A DNA stretch of 61,780 nucleotides, the filler included, from Basidiobolus meristosporus CBS 931.73 (lineage: Eukaryota > Fungi > Basidiobolomycota), in NCBI GenBank assembly GCA_002104905.1. It is 4 parts of 4 records of this genome, joined end to end, with 100 filler letters (N's around TTAATTAATTAA, not from the genome) between each part and the next. Parts side by side here need not be neighbours in the genome. Positions count along the whole stretch, not along the records: positions 41,952 to 56,263 come from MCFE01001181.1; positions 56,364 to 61,780 come from MCFE01001361.1; 2 more parts are not named here. The stretch is one strand, 5' to 3'. Shown here piece after piece: positions 50,064 to 60,406 of the stretch (its first letter is position 1; each line of letters begins with the position of its first letter). The notes below the pieces were generated by a model. It saw nothing but the letters and a program-made list of their open reading frames with translations. It had not been told where the DNA came from and searched no databases. Both the position numbers and the translations under genes were made by a program.

Positions 50064-52450
50064 GGGGAGGGAAAGTCACCAAGTTGGTGAAATCTTTATT
50101 TGAGTTAAGAACTAATCTAAGTACAAATAAAGAAGCCAATTAAGAGGTCTAGAACCTCTCTAATAAGTAATCTAATTTATGTTTTGTTTCATCTCTAATG
50201 TTTGTTTCAATAAAGTAAAGCTCATCAGGGGTAAATATAAAATTCAGGGGTTTTGGGGGAAGTACAAATTGTAGATGTTTCTGATCAATATAATCCAAGA
50301 CTGGAACCCAGCCTGGGATTAGGTGTAGTAGGAAAGGTGTGTGGACTTGTAAGTAGCTCTGCCACATAGATCTTAGATGGTCCTGAGCCAGTAGTCTTGG
50401 TTTCTCAGCTTTTTGAAGTTTTGAAGCAAGCTCTGTTACTACAGCAGAGCCAACCAGGGTGTGCCAGCAAGAAGATTTCAGGGAGGAGTTAGATTGAAGC
50501 CATTGTTTGATGGAGGGGTTATGTGATTTCTGAAGTTTGACTAGGAAGGAAGCACGGAGATAGATCATTCGGATTTGGTATGGGTAGAACCCAAAGGCTC
50601 CATTAGTTGCATGGATATAGGGAGATACTGGAAGATAAGGTACCAAGGATCTGATACACTGATGGAGAAATTTATCCAGGCGGTGAAGTTCTCTGGAGGT
50701 TAGGGGTATAATGTGGAGACCAAATTCAAGTACCGGCAGTACATACTGCTTCAGAAGTATAGGGATCTTTTGAATTGGAGTGTCTGGAGTGACTACTACC
50801 AGAAGCTTTTTGAGAGCCTGTTGGGCAAGACGGATCCTATTATTCAGGTGGAGCTTTGAGTCAATCCCATGTTGACAAAACGGCAGACCTAGATATATTG
50901 CAGTTTGTTGTGGCAGAATGCTAGTGTTCTGTATAGTTGTAGTGCATCCAATTGGGACTGTCTTGGAAATTGAGAGTGAGAGGTTGTTGGCAGCCAAGTA
51001 CTTCTCAATGATGGCAGTGTCTGCTATGGGATTAGGAGTAGCAATCTTGATATCATCCGCATAGAGAGTTAGTAGTGGATAGGGAGAGTCTGGTGAGGGG
51101 CCTTTTGGAAATAAAGGAAAGTCATGTAGGAATATCACAAATAATAAGGGACCTAGTACAGATCCTTGGACTACTCCATTTGGAACCTCATAAGTCTCTG
51201 ATGTACAACTTGGATGCAAAATTTTGGCTGAGTTCTCACAAAATAGAGAACGTACAAGAAGGGTCATTGGTAGTGTGGTAACTGCTAATAGCTTTCTCCA
51301 AAGCAGAGCTCTGTCCACAGAGTCAAAGGCTTTAGTAATGTCAAACAGAATGGTTGGCAATGAGAATTGAAGTGAATGATCATGGCTTAGCACTACAGCC
51401 ATATCCAAGGAGAGTTTGGGCAAGAAGCCAAACTGAGAAGGATGGAATGGATATAGTTGAGATTGCAAGGATCTTGCTATTATAAGCTCAAAGATTTTCC
51501 GGCAGGTTGGTAGGAGTGAAACTGGCCGGTAAGAACCTGGGAGTGAGTGTTTCCCCTTCCCTTTGTATAAGGGTATTACATTTGCCTGTGACCAGGCCTT
51601 TGGGGTAGTCAATTGTTGGGCACAGATAGAGTAGAATGGGAGAAGTAAGTGACTCATTTTGGAGTAGCACACCCGGAGTAGATCGTAGGTAATCAAGTCA
51701 TGTCCAGGTGCAGTATTTGCAGGAAGCTTCTTTAAAATTTTCTCCAGAAGCTTTGCTGAAACCAAAATTGGAGATGTTGTACTGCTAGATATGTCACCAG
51801 TATGGTAGAAAGGAGGAGTGGGATGCACGGTTGAATCAAAGAATATAGGGGCCAGTTTGTCTGGTGATGGTATACTCCTTGCTTGGGGTCTCATGGCTTT
51901 GTATACTCTTGATATGGACCTTGTGGTGGCATTCATATTTACTAAGGGCAAGGTATCCATGATATGAGCCCATAATCTAGTATGCTCAGTGATCTGTAGT
52001 GACTTGGAGTAGGAGATTGCGCTTTCCAGGAGGTTCTGTGTTTTTGGGTTAGGGAAACATAGGTAGCTGGAATTTAAGGCAGAAATGATGGATTTCCATT
52101 TAAGTTGGTTTGCAGATGGCTTTTGGTAGGACTTGGTGGGCAGGGCCAGACAGCCAGTGATTATGATGAAATGCTGGTAAAATAGCCATAATGCATTTAC
52201 ATCATCACAAATCCATGCAGGTAAGCTGGGAAATGCATATTCTGTAAGCAAGGATAGGTAGTTGGCAAAGTCCTGTGTCTGTGATACTGAAGCTTTGGCT
52301 GGCAGGATTGTAAATGGCTGAAGAAGGGTGCCAATTGGTAGGGTTTTTCTGGCAGAAATGATAATATGTATTGGCTTGTGATCAGATTTCTCTAGTGAAC
52401 CACAGCTGATATCCTCTGGAATGCTTGTAACCTGGTGGATGTACTGTATA
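50064..52450 (-). mobile_element. Telomere-associated non-LTR retrotransposon family A, 5'-truncated
   Basis: ORF 50149-52470 from the APE C-terminal KSDHKPI through RT (YADD) with no internal stop; related to but clearly diverged from family B; same 3' terminal motif; preceded by GGGTTAGGGG. Confidence 0.92.
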
Positions 52451-54672
52451 GGGGGGGAGACAGTCACCAACAGGTGAAATCTTTATTTCAGTTGAAACAA
52501 AGAAGCCAGCGCTACTGTTGTAGCTTTGATACAAGAGTGTGTAGCTGAGGGGAATTTGTAGGTAAGTTAATAAGAAGTGATGATAGTTCTTCAGTGCTCA
52601 AGACACTGTTCAGTGGGAAGGGGGGTAGCAAGAGAGGTAAGAATGACTTGTGAACAACATTAATGAGGGGAATGTGATAAGGATTGATATTCATCATAAA
52701 GGGAGTGTGCTGCTGCAGATATTGCTGCCAAAGGTCTGTCAAGTACTTCAGGTAGGCCAGCTTGGGTTTTTCTGACTGCAGAATAAAGTGAGCAAACTTC
52801 TTGACTTCAGGATCTCCAAGTATAGTTCTCCAGCAGGAGCCAGGTGTTGTGTGGTGTGTTCTCTTCCAGGCCTTAATCAGTGGGTTGTTGCAGTGGTGAA
52901 GTCTGAGATATAATCTGGTTCTAAGGTAGAGAAGTCTGATCTTATAGGGCATAAACCCAAAAGCACCAAGAATAGCATGTCTGTAGGGGCATTCAGGCAA
53001 ATGAGGCACCAAGGAGGTAATGCACCATACTGCAAACTTGTCAAGCTTAGTGCAGTCTCTAGAAGTAAGAGAGAGAAGTGGTAAGCCAAATTCCAGGACA
53101 GGGAAGACAAACTGCTTGAGTAGAAGGAAGGCAGCTGGGAGCTGAAGTTGTAGGAGGAGTAACAGCCAGTAGCTTGTGGAGTGCCTGTCTTGCCAGGATA
53201 ATTCTCTTCTTCAGGTGTGCTCCAGAGTCTAGTCCAGTAGGAAGGAAAGGAAAGCCAAGATATGTAGCAGAAACCTGAGCAGGTAGAGTGGAGTTCTCCA
53301 AGTTGATGGGAGAGCCCAAAGGTACTGTCTTTGCAATGGAAAGCTGGAGATTATTCTTCTGCAGATACTGGTGGATGGTCTGGGAGTCTTGTTGCACATT
53401 GGAGGAGGATATTCTGATGTCATCAGCAAAGAGAGTAACCAGGCAGTCAGCTGAGAGTCTTGGGAAATCATTCAGGAAGATGGCAAACAGTATAGGACCA
53501 AGCACAGAGCCTTGAACCACTCCATTAGGAACTGAGAACACTGCTGATTGCTCACTTGGGTGCAGAATTCTTGCTTGTGGATCCAGAAACAGAGACCTGA
53601 CAAGGAGGGTGAGAGAGGTACTGGAGAAGCATTGCAACTTGGACCAAAGCAGATTTCTGTCAACTGAATCAAAGGCCTTAGTAATATCAAACAGAACAGA
53701 GGGATACTTGCACTGGAGAGAGTGATCTTGGCTAAGTATGACTGCATATTCCAAGGAGAGGCCAGGAACAAAGCCAAACTGTGCAGGATGAAACTTGAGG
53801 GAGTCAGAGTAGAGCTCCTGAGCAAGCAGAAGCTCAAACACCTTTCTGCAGGTGGGCAGCAGAGATATTGGCCTGTAGGAGCTAGGATCCAGGTGCTTTC
53901 CTTTACCCTTGTACAGTGGCAGAACATTTGCAAAGGACCATTCCTCAGGAGTAGAAAGCTGGGCTGAGCATTGCTGAAACAGTGGAAGCAGAAGTGCAGA
54001 CATGGCCTTGGTACTAGTCTTCAGAAGCTCATAGGAGATTGTGTCCACACCTGGAGCAGTAGAGTTGGGAAGCCTCTTGAGCACATTGTGGATTCTCCTT
54101 TGATCAAGTGCAAGTGGGATGGCCAGAGTCTTGAAGTCAGGATGAAAGCCAGGAGTTGAGTACTGCTTTGTAGAGAAGAAGATGTTAGCCAGCTGTTCTG
54201 TTGAAGGTAACTTCCTGGAAGAGGGCCTCATTGCCCTGTAGAGTCTTGATACTGTTCTTGTTATAGAGTTGGAAGATTGCAGAGGCAAGGAACTCATAAT
54301 ATGATCCCAGAGCTGAGTATGCAGAGTGTGGTGAATTGCCTTGGAGTGGTGTATTGCTGTCAGGAGGAGTTTCTCTGTTTTTGGGTTAGGGAAACTCAGG
54401 TAGCTTTGTTGCAGGGCTGAAACAATGGATTCCCATTTTCTTGAGGTAACAGCAGTAGTCTTGCATGGCAGTGAGAGGGAGGCAGACACCAGAATCAGAT
54501 GCTTCACAAAGAGCCAGGCATAGTTGAGATCATCTGGCAGAGAAAGTAGCAAACTGGCAAGCTTCAAGTAGTTCCCAAAGTCTTTCTTCTGATTCTTGGT
54601 AGCTTTGTGGGTGAGCACAGTAAGTTTTGGCAGCTTCTTCTTCACAACTGGTTGCATAGAAAGGGACCAGGC
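52451..54672 (-). mobile_element. Family B copy 2, 5'-truncated (2.2 kb)
   Basis: Near-identical to 45504-47725; one-base frameshift near 53128; followed by (TTAGGG)3. Confidence 0.95.
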
Positions 54673-54687
54673 TTAGGGTTAGGGTTA

Positions 54688-54736
54688 GGGGGGGGAGACA
54701 GTCACCAACAGGTGAAATCTTTATTTCAGTTGAAAC
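54688..54736 (-). mobile_element. Family B copy 3, only the 3'-terminal ~41 bp
   Basis: G-run + AGACAGTCACCAACAGGTGAAATCTTTATTTCAGTTGAAAC, followed by TTAGGGTTAGGG. Confidence 0.9.
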
Positions 54737-54745
54737 TTAGGGTTA

Positions 54746-54886
54746 GGGGGAGGAAAGTCACCAAGTGGTGAAATCTTTATTTACTTATGACAAGTATCTA
54801 AAGAAGCCAAGTTAATCTGAAGTAATTCCCAGAAAGCTAGGTCTGAGAGAGGTTTCCTGGAAAGCCAGGCCTGAGAAGTGAGAATC
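54746..54886 (-). mobile_element. SINE copy 2, 5'-truncated (136 bp)
   Basis: Matches the SINE 3' part from 44983 but has one instead of two 76-bp units; followed by five telomere units. Confidence 0.9.
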
Positions 54887-54912
54887 TTAGGGTTAGGGTT
54901 AGGTTAGGGTTA

Positions 54913-56079
54913 GGGGGGGGGGAGACAGTCACCAACAGGTGAAATCTTTATTTCAGTTGAAACAAAGTAGCCAGCGCTACTGTTGTAGCTTTGATACAAG
55001 AGTGTGTAGCTGAGGGGAATTTGTAGGTAAGTTAATAAGAAGTGATGATAGCTCTTCAGTGCTCAAGACACTGTTCAGTGGGAAGGGGGGTAGCAAGAGA
55101 GGTAAGAATGACTTGTGAACAACATTAATGAGGGGAATGTGATAAGTATTGATATTCATCATAAAGGGAGTGTGCTGCTGCAGATATTGCTGCCAAAGGT
55201 CTGTCAAGTACTTCAGGTAGGCCAGCTTGGGTTTTTCTGACTGCAGAATATAGTGAGCAAACTTCATGACTTCAGGATCTCCAAGTATAGTTCTCCAGCA
55301 GGAGTCAGGTGTTGTGTGGTGTGTTCTCTTCCAGGCCTTAATCAGTGGGTTGTTGCAGTTGTGAAGTCTGAGGTATAATCTGGTTCTAAGGTAGAGAAGT
55401 CTGATCTTATAGGGCATAAACCCAAAAGCACCAAGAATAGCATGTCTGTAGGGGCATTCAGGCAAATGAGGCACCAAGGAGGTAATGCACCATACTGCAA
55501 ACTTGTCAAGCTTAGTGCAGTCTCTAGAAGTAAGAGAGAGAAGTGGTAAGCCAAATTCTAGGACAGGGAAGACAAACTGCTTGAGTAGAAGGAGGCAGCT
55601 GGGAGCTGAAGTTGTAGGAGGAGTAACAGCCAACAGCTTGTGGAGTGCCTGTCTTGCAAGGATAATTCTCTTCTTCAGGTGTGCTCCAGAGTCTAGTCCA
55701 GTAGGAAGGAAAGGAAAGCCAAGATATGTAGCAGAAACCTGAGCAGGTAGAGTGGAGTTCTCCAAGATGATGGGAGAGCCCAAAGGTACTGTCTTTGCAA
55801 TGGAAAGCTGAAGATTATTCTTCTGCAGATACTGGTGGATGGTCTGGGAGTCTTGTTGCACATTGGAGGAGGATATTCTGATGTCATCAGCAAAGAGAGT
55901 AACCAGGCAGTCAGCTGAGAGTCTTGGGAAATCATTCAGGAAGATGGCAAACAGTATAGGACCAAGCACAGAGCCTTGAACCACTCCATTAGGAACTGAG
56001 AACACAGCTGATTGCTCACTTGGGTGCAGAATTCTTGCTTGTGGATCCAGAAACAGAGACCTGACAAGGAGGGTGAGAG
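54913..56079 (-). mobile_element. Family B copy 4, 5'-truncated (1.16 kb), directly capped by the telomere tract
   Basis: ORF 54977-56005 nearly identical to the C-terminal part of copy 1; stops at GGGTGAGAG. Confidence 0.95.
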
Positions 56080-56263
56080 GGTTAGGGTTTAGGGTTAGGG
56101 CTAGGGTTAGGGTTTAGGGTTAGGGCTAGGGTTAGGGCTAGGGTTAGGGTTAGGGTTAGGGTTAGGGTTAGGGTTAGGGTTAGGGTTAGGGTTAGGGTTA
56201 GGGTTAGGGTTAGGGTTAGGGTTAGGGTTAGGGTTAGGGTTAGGGTTAGGGTTAGGGTTAGGG
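56079..56263 (+). repeat. Telomeric (TTAGGG)n tract with proximal variant units (TTTAGGG, CTAGGG)
   Basis: About 30 units, G-rich strand running towards the contig end. Confidence 0.97.
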
Positions 56264-56363
56264 NNNNNNNNNNNNNNNNNNNNNNNNNNNNNNNNNNNNN
56301 NNNNNNNTTAATTAATTAANNNNNNNNNNNNNNNNNNNNNNNNNNNNNNNNNNNNNNNNNNNN
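56264..56363. other. Artificial assembly spacer
   Basis: 44N-TTAATTAATTAA-44N. Confidence 0.97.
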
Positions 56364-56699
56364 GTTTTGCTGATTGTCTGTACACCTTGCAAGTATGTGA
56401 TTTTCTGACACTCATACTTGTAATGTCTTTCAATTGAATGTTACACAATACTTTTCTATACTTGGCCATAGTATTCCATCTCCCTGATTGATTTTAGTCC
56501 CTCTTGTGTATATACTTTTGGCTGGAAGAACTTGCAAGCACCCTTAGATATTCTCCTAACTTAGTGATTTAGCTTATAAGCCACAAAGCTCAGAGAATCT
56601 TGACAAAACTCCTTGTTGGGACTTGCTTGTAGTATTTTTATCAACATGTCAGGTATCCAGAACATGAATTTTGTCAAAGTTGTCTAAGCTGCCCAAGCT

Positions 56700-56865
56700 T
56701 TGCAGACATAGTCCTGGGACCTTCTTAACTATACTCTTTGTGTTTGCTTTGCCAAAATCATGCAAAAGTTCAAATACTACTATATATCCAATAAATCATT
56801 AAGTGACAACAATATAATCTACTTTTCTCCCAATCACTTTCAATATCTCCAGAGCTCTGACATCA
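56700..56865 (+). mobile_element. LTR fragment related to the 17619 solo-LTR family
   Basis: AAATACTAC...CAATAAATCATTAAGTGA...TAATCTACTT..CTCCCAATCACTT..AATATCTCCA matches the reverse complement of 17619-17720. Confidence 0.7.
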
Positions 56866-57249
56866 CAAACAAAACTCCAGGGAACTATCCATGCACACCT
56901 CAGAAGTGATGAAGGAAGCCACACACTGACCATTAAGGCACTACTCTTTATACAAGAAATAGCCAGGAACCAACTCCCTATGAAAAATAATCTGGTCCCG
57001 CAGGTGGATCCAATCCAGATCATCTGTCAAGATCCCATTCAGAGACCGTCATAATAGCAGCAGCTTGGAATTAGTGACCCTCCTGACAATCTTATAACAA
57101 GATCATGACGGTGTTTTGCAAATTTTCAGCCAAATAAAGGGATAAACTTGATGATTTTTGATCGGTGCTGTGACAATATTTGCATGTTACCGTACCAATT
57201 TACCAAATGGTATTTCTCTTTTCTACCTCCCCTTGTGCAATTTATATAT

Positions 57250-60169
57250 TCCACTGTAGAATCACCTTTCTTTATTTGCTTACCCACTACTACCTTGGGT
57301 ATTCCACATATAGCTCAAATCAAAAAAAACTATGGCCTCCTGCTTACTAACCTCTACAAACACACACACCTGCCACAATTGATATACGTCTATCACCTCA
57401 ACTTTAAGGCTTTTTAGTGTCATACTTGCAAAGTTACCATATACCTTGTACTGCTGGTAGCATATACATCTTGCAAACATATGCTTGGTTGTTGCTACTT
57501 CTGCCATGAATACCTCCTGAATATTGGCAAAGAACTTCTTGGTATTTAGCCAATATATTCCTTCTTCCTGCTGGATTCTAGTCCCTCTTATAGGTGCGCT
57601 CTGGCTTTTGTTTGTGTGAATTCCATATTGAATGGTGTAGAAGTTGGCTTGTGACCACAAGAAATCCGGTATATCTTGGTGAAGTTTTCCTGATAAAAAT
57701 TAGTTGCTTGTTGCACCCAACCCAACATTGCATTACTTAACTGATTACCCATGCATTGGGGCTGCTTAGCTTCTTAATGCCATAGGCATAGGTGTCTCCA
57801 TGTGCACATTTGTCCTCAGTATTTTCCAACTCTTTCTGGCTGTCCTCCATGTGCCAACTAATCACATCCATGACGGACTTGAAGGTAATATTCTTGATGA
57901 GATTGGGATATGATAGTACCTGCAACTTGACTTGTCTTCCTATCTCCCCACACATCCGCTCCATAGGAAACTCCCAAAAGGTGAAGCAAGGCCTGATATT
58001 CTCCACACACCATGCAAGATGGAGTAGAGAATGGATACAGTAGCAGCAGAGATCTACACATTCAGCTTTATATTTGTAGTATAGCCGCTCAAATCCCATC
58101 ACAAACTCCTCACACAACAGCTGTAGATATGTCAAGTTGGCATTGGTGATCCACTTCTGGATAAATATTCCTACAATGTCCACATATGACTCCCAATGCT
58201 TCCAATGTACTCTTGGTAGGAATGGCTTCAGAACACCACTTGAATAAATACATATCCAGTTCATCCAGTCTTTGCATTTGTATTGTTACATATGCGTATG
58301 AATATTAATTGGAGCCTGTGAGAAGTACTTAGGGTAGCGGATACTCCGCAATATCTTGCCAATTTTTTCAAATTTCTCCGGTATCTCAAAGGACTCATTT
58401 AGCTTGAAATGCCCCATGTACAACTTGGTCATCAGTAGAGAGATATTGTTGAAAAGCAAATGCATTGCTCCCAGTGGAAAGCTTTTGCTCCAACAGATAC
58501 CCTCTATCTTAAGTATCTCCGGTTTCCAATTGATTCCATATTCTGGCCAATGGCTTATAGCTTGCCAACTTTGCTGCAATTGCATGCTTACTTCTGTAAA
58601 TTCTCTCTGTGGAAAGATGATGTTCTTAGTGCTGGTGTTTGGGTAATAATAATGTGTGTGAGTTATGGAGTGAATCCCCTGGATCTCACACATTCAACAG
58701 CAATACCATCCATTGTGCTTGGAAAAACCTGCTATCTTGCTGATGGCTGGAATATCTCCAATGCAGATAATAATATGTGCTTTTACATGATGGTCATTCA
58801 CCATTATCCCACTGGAAAGCATACAAAATTCATTCAGCAATGGATACAGGTAGCTATCCAGGTTGGACAGTGATTTAAACCCAGATACCAGTGAGACTAC
58901 CATCAGATTATTGCTCTGATACCGTAAAATGGGCAGCAGATTCAGATTGATGAGAATCAGTGGCCAGCAGGATTTGCTGATAGAGTACTTGTTTAATGAG
59001 AATCCATCAAGTGCTAAAGCAAAGGCATGGTCATACATACCTTCAAAGTAGCCCTTGCTTCTTAGCTGTTAGGAATGCTTGCCATTGAATAGACTTGTTC
59101 CATCATTTGGGCTGATCATAGTGCCCAATAGTGCCATAGCATGCCAGATGGTGCCTGATCATGCCACAGAGTGCCAGATGGTGCCATACGGTGCCAATTT
59201 GGGATCAAAATTGACATGCATATGACCCTAAAATATCAAATTAATAACAAAATATACAGCACTTTCTGGCACTACGATCAATGGCACAATGGAACAAGTC
59301 TAATATAATGAATATGTTTGCGCTTGATTGATACTGAGTGCGGTACTGTATAGCTTTGCAATATTTGTGGACTGCATCAGCTTCCTCAGACGGGGTATGA
59401 CCGGAATGTATCCGGAGTGTGAACAATGTTTTCCCTCAATGGTGGTGGATTCCTGACAATTTGGACACATTGCAATGGTAGCATTTTTGGATGTGAATGC
59501 CATGCAACTGTTAACACATGCTGGAATCAGGACAGTCTCTGGATCATATGTTGCCAGCTGCATGATGGTTGTCCACTTGTACCATGTACATGGTAAGTTG
59601 CATCCCAGTATGATTTTGGCAAGAAGTAGTAATAAATCCTCAAAGCCCCCATTACTGATATTAGTGGAAACACGCCACTTCTCTAGCCACAACATCACAT
59701 CATTCACCAGTAGATGGATTACTGGGCTCACTTGGCTCCATAAAGTATCCTTGGCACTTGTCTCAACAAGTGTTGTCTCATTGCATATAGGGATTTGACT
59801 GGGCTCATACGTGGTACTGTTGTTAGGGGAGATAGGCTCAACATCCATCAGTGAACCTTCTTTGTCAGAGCTATCACTCTGTGTGCCATATTCAGAAGGC
59901 TGAGGTGAGCCTAAAGGCGTCACAAACTCACCTGACTCAGTTTGCGCAAGGTGACAAAGATGGCCAGGTGCCAATATAGAAGTATCAACTGGCTGGCAAG
60001 ATAATGTTGGTACAGTAGTGACCAAGGAATGGTCAAATATGACTTGGGTGGCAAAACACTGGCAGTGATCCTTGTAATAATTCCTATGCTGTCTGCATGC
60101 TTCATGGCTGAGAGGCTTGCCACAATAGCCACATGGTCTTTTTTCTCTTCTCTTATGACGTTGAGTCAA
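57250..60169 (-). pseudogene. CACTA/EnSpm (tnp2-like) transposase pseudogene
   Basis: ACVNSCMAF...CPNC, IPVIPRL, ALALDGF....CWPLILINLNL..RY...N, GDIPA.SK, PLGAMHLLFNN, HSLLHL......C...W.FPMERMCG in several broken frames. Confidence 0.85.
59091..59301. mobile_element. 211-bp MITE-like insertion inside the transposase
   Basis: 13-bp perfect TIR AGACTTGTTCCAT (59091-59103 / 59289-59301), further TGATC(A/G)TAGTGCC symmetry, GTGCC motifs; flanked by AAT on both sides. Confidence 0.8.
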
Positions 60170-60406
60170 AGTAGTCTTGTCTATGGGGCAAACAGTTTGA
60201 CCTTCAACAACATAATGCTATTATATCACTTTTTGGTCAATACTCATGTGAACTTAAGACAGTCTTGTATTTGAGACATTGCACCTACATGAATGTAAGA
60301 TTCAATGATGACCCACCATAGTAAGCATTATAAATAAAGTTGTGGCACCACATACACACATATATGTAACACTATTTCCCCTTTGGTTTGACTCACTTCC
60401 ATACAT

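Noticed and set aside
45504-52450. Penelope-like (Athena/Coprina) endonuclease-less elements
   Set aside because: APE motifs upstream of the RT and LINE-type RT motifs (SYRPISLL, D..KAFDSV, QGSVLGP) are present.
52451-52470. MVTVSPP as the start of the family A ORF
   Set aside because: These codons come from the 3' end of the adjacent B copy; family A is truncated here.
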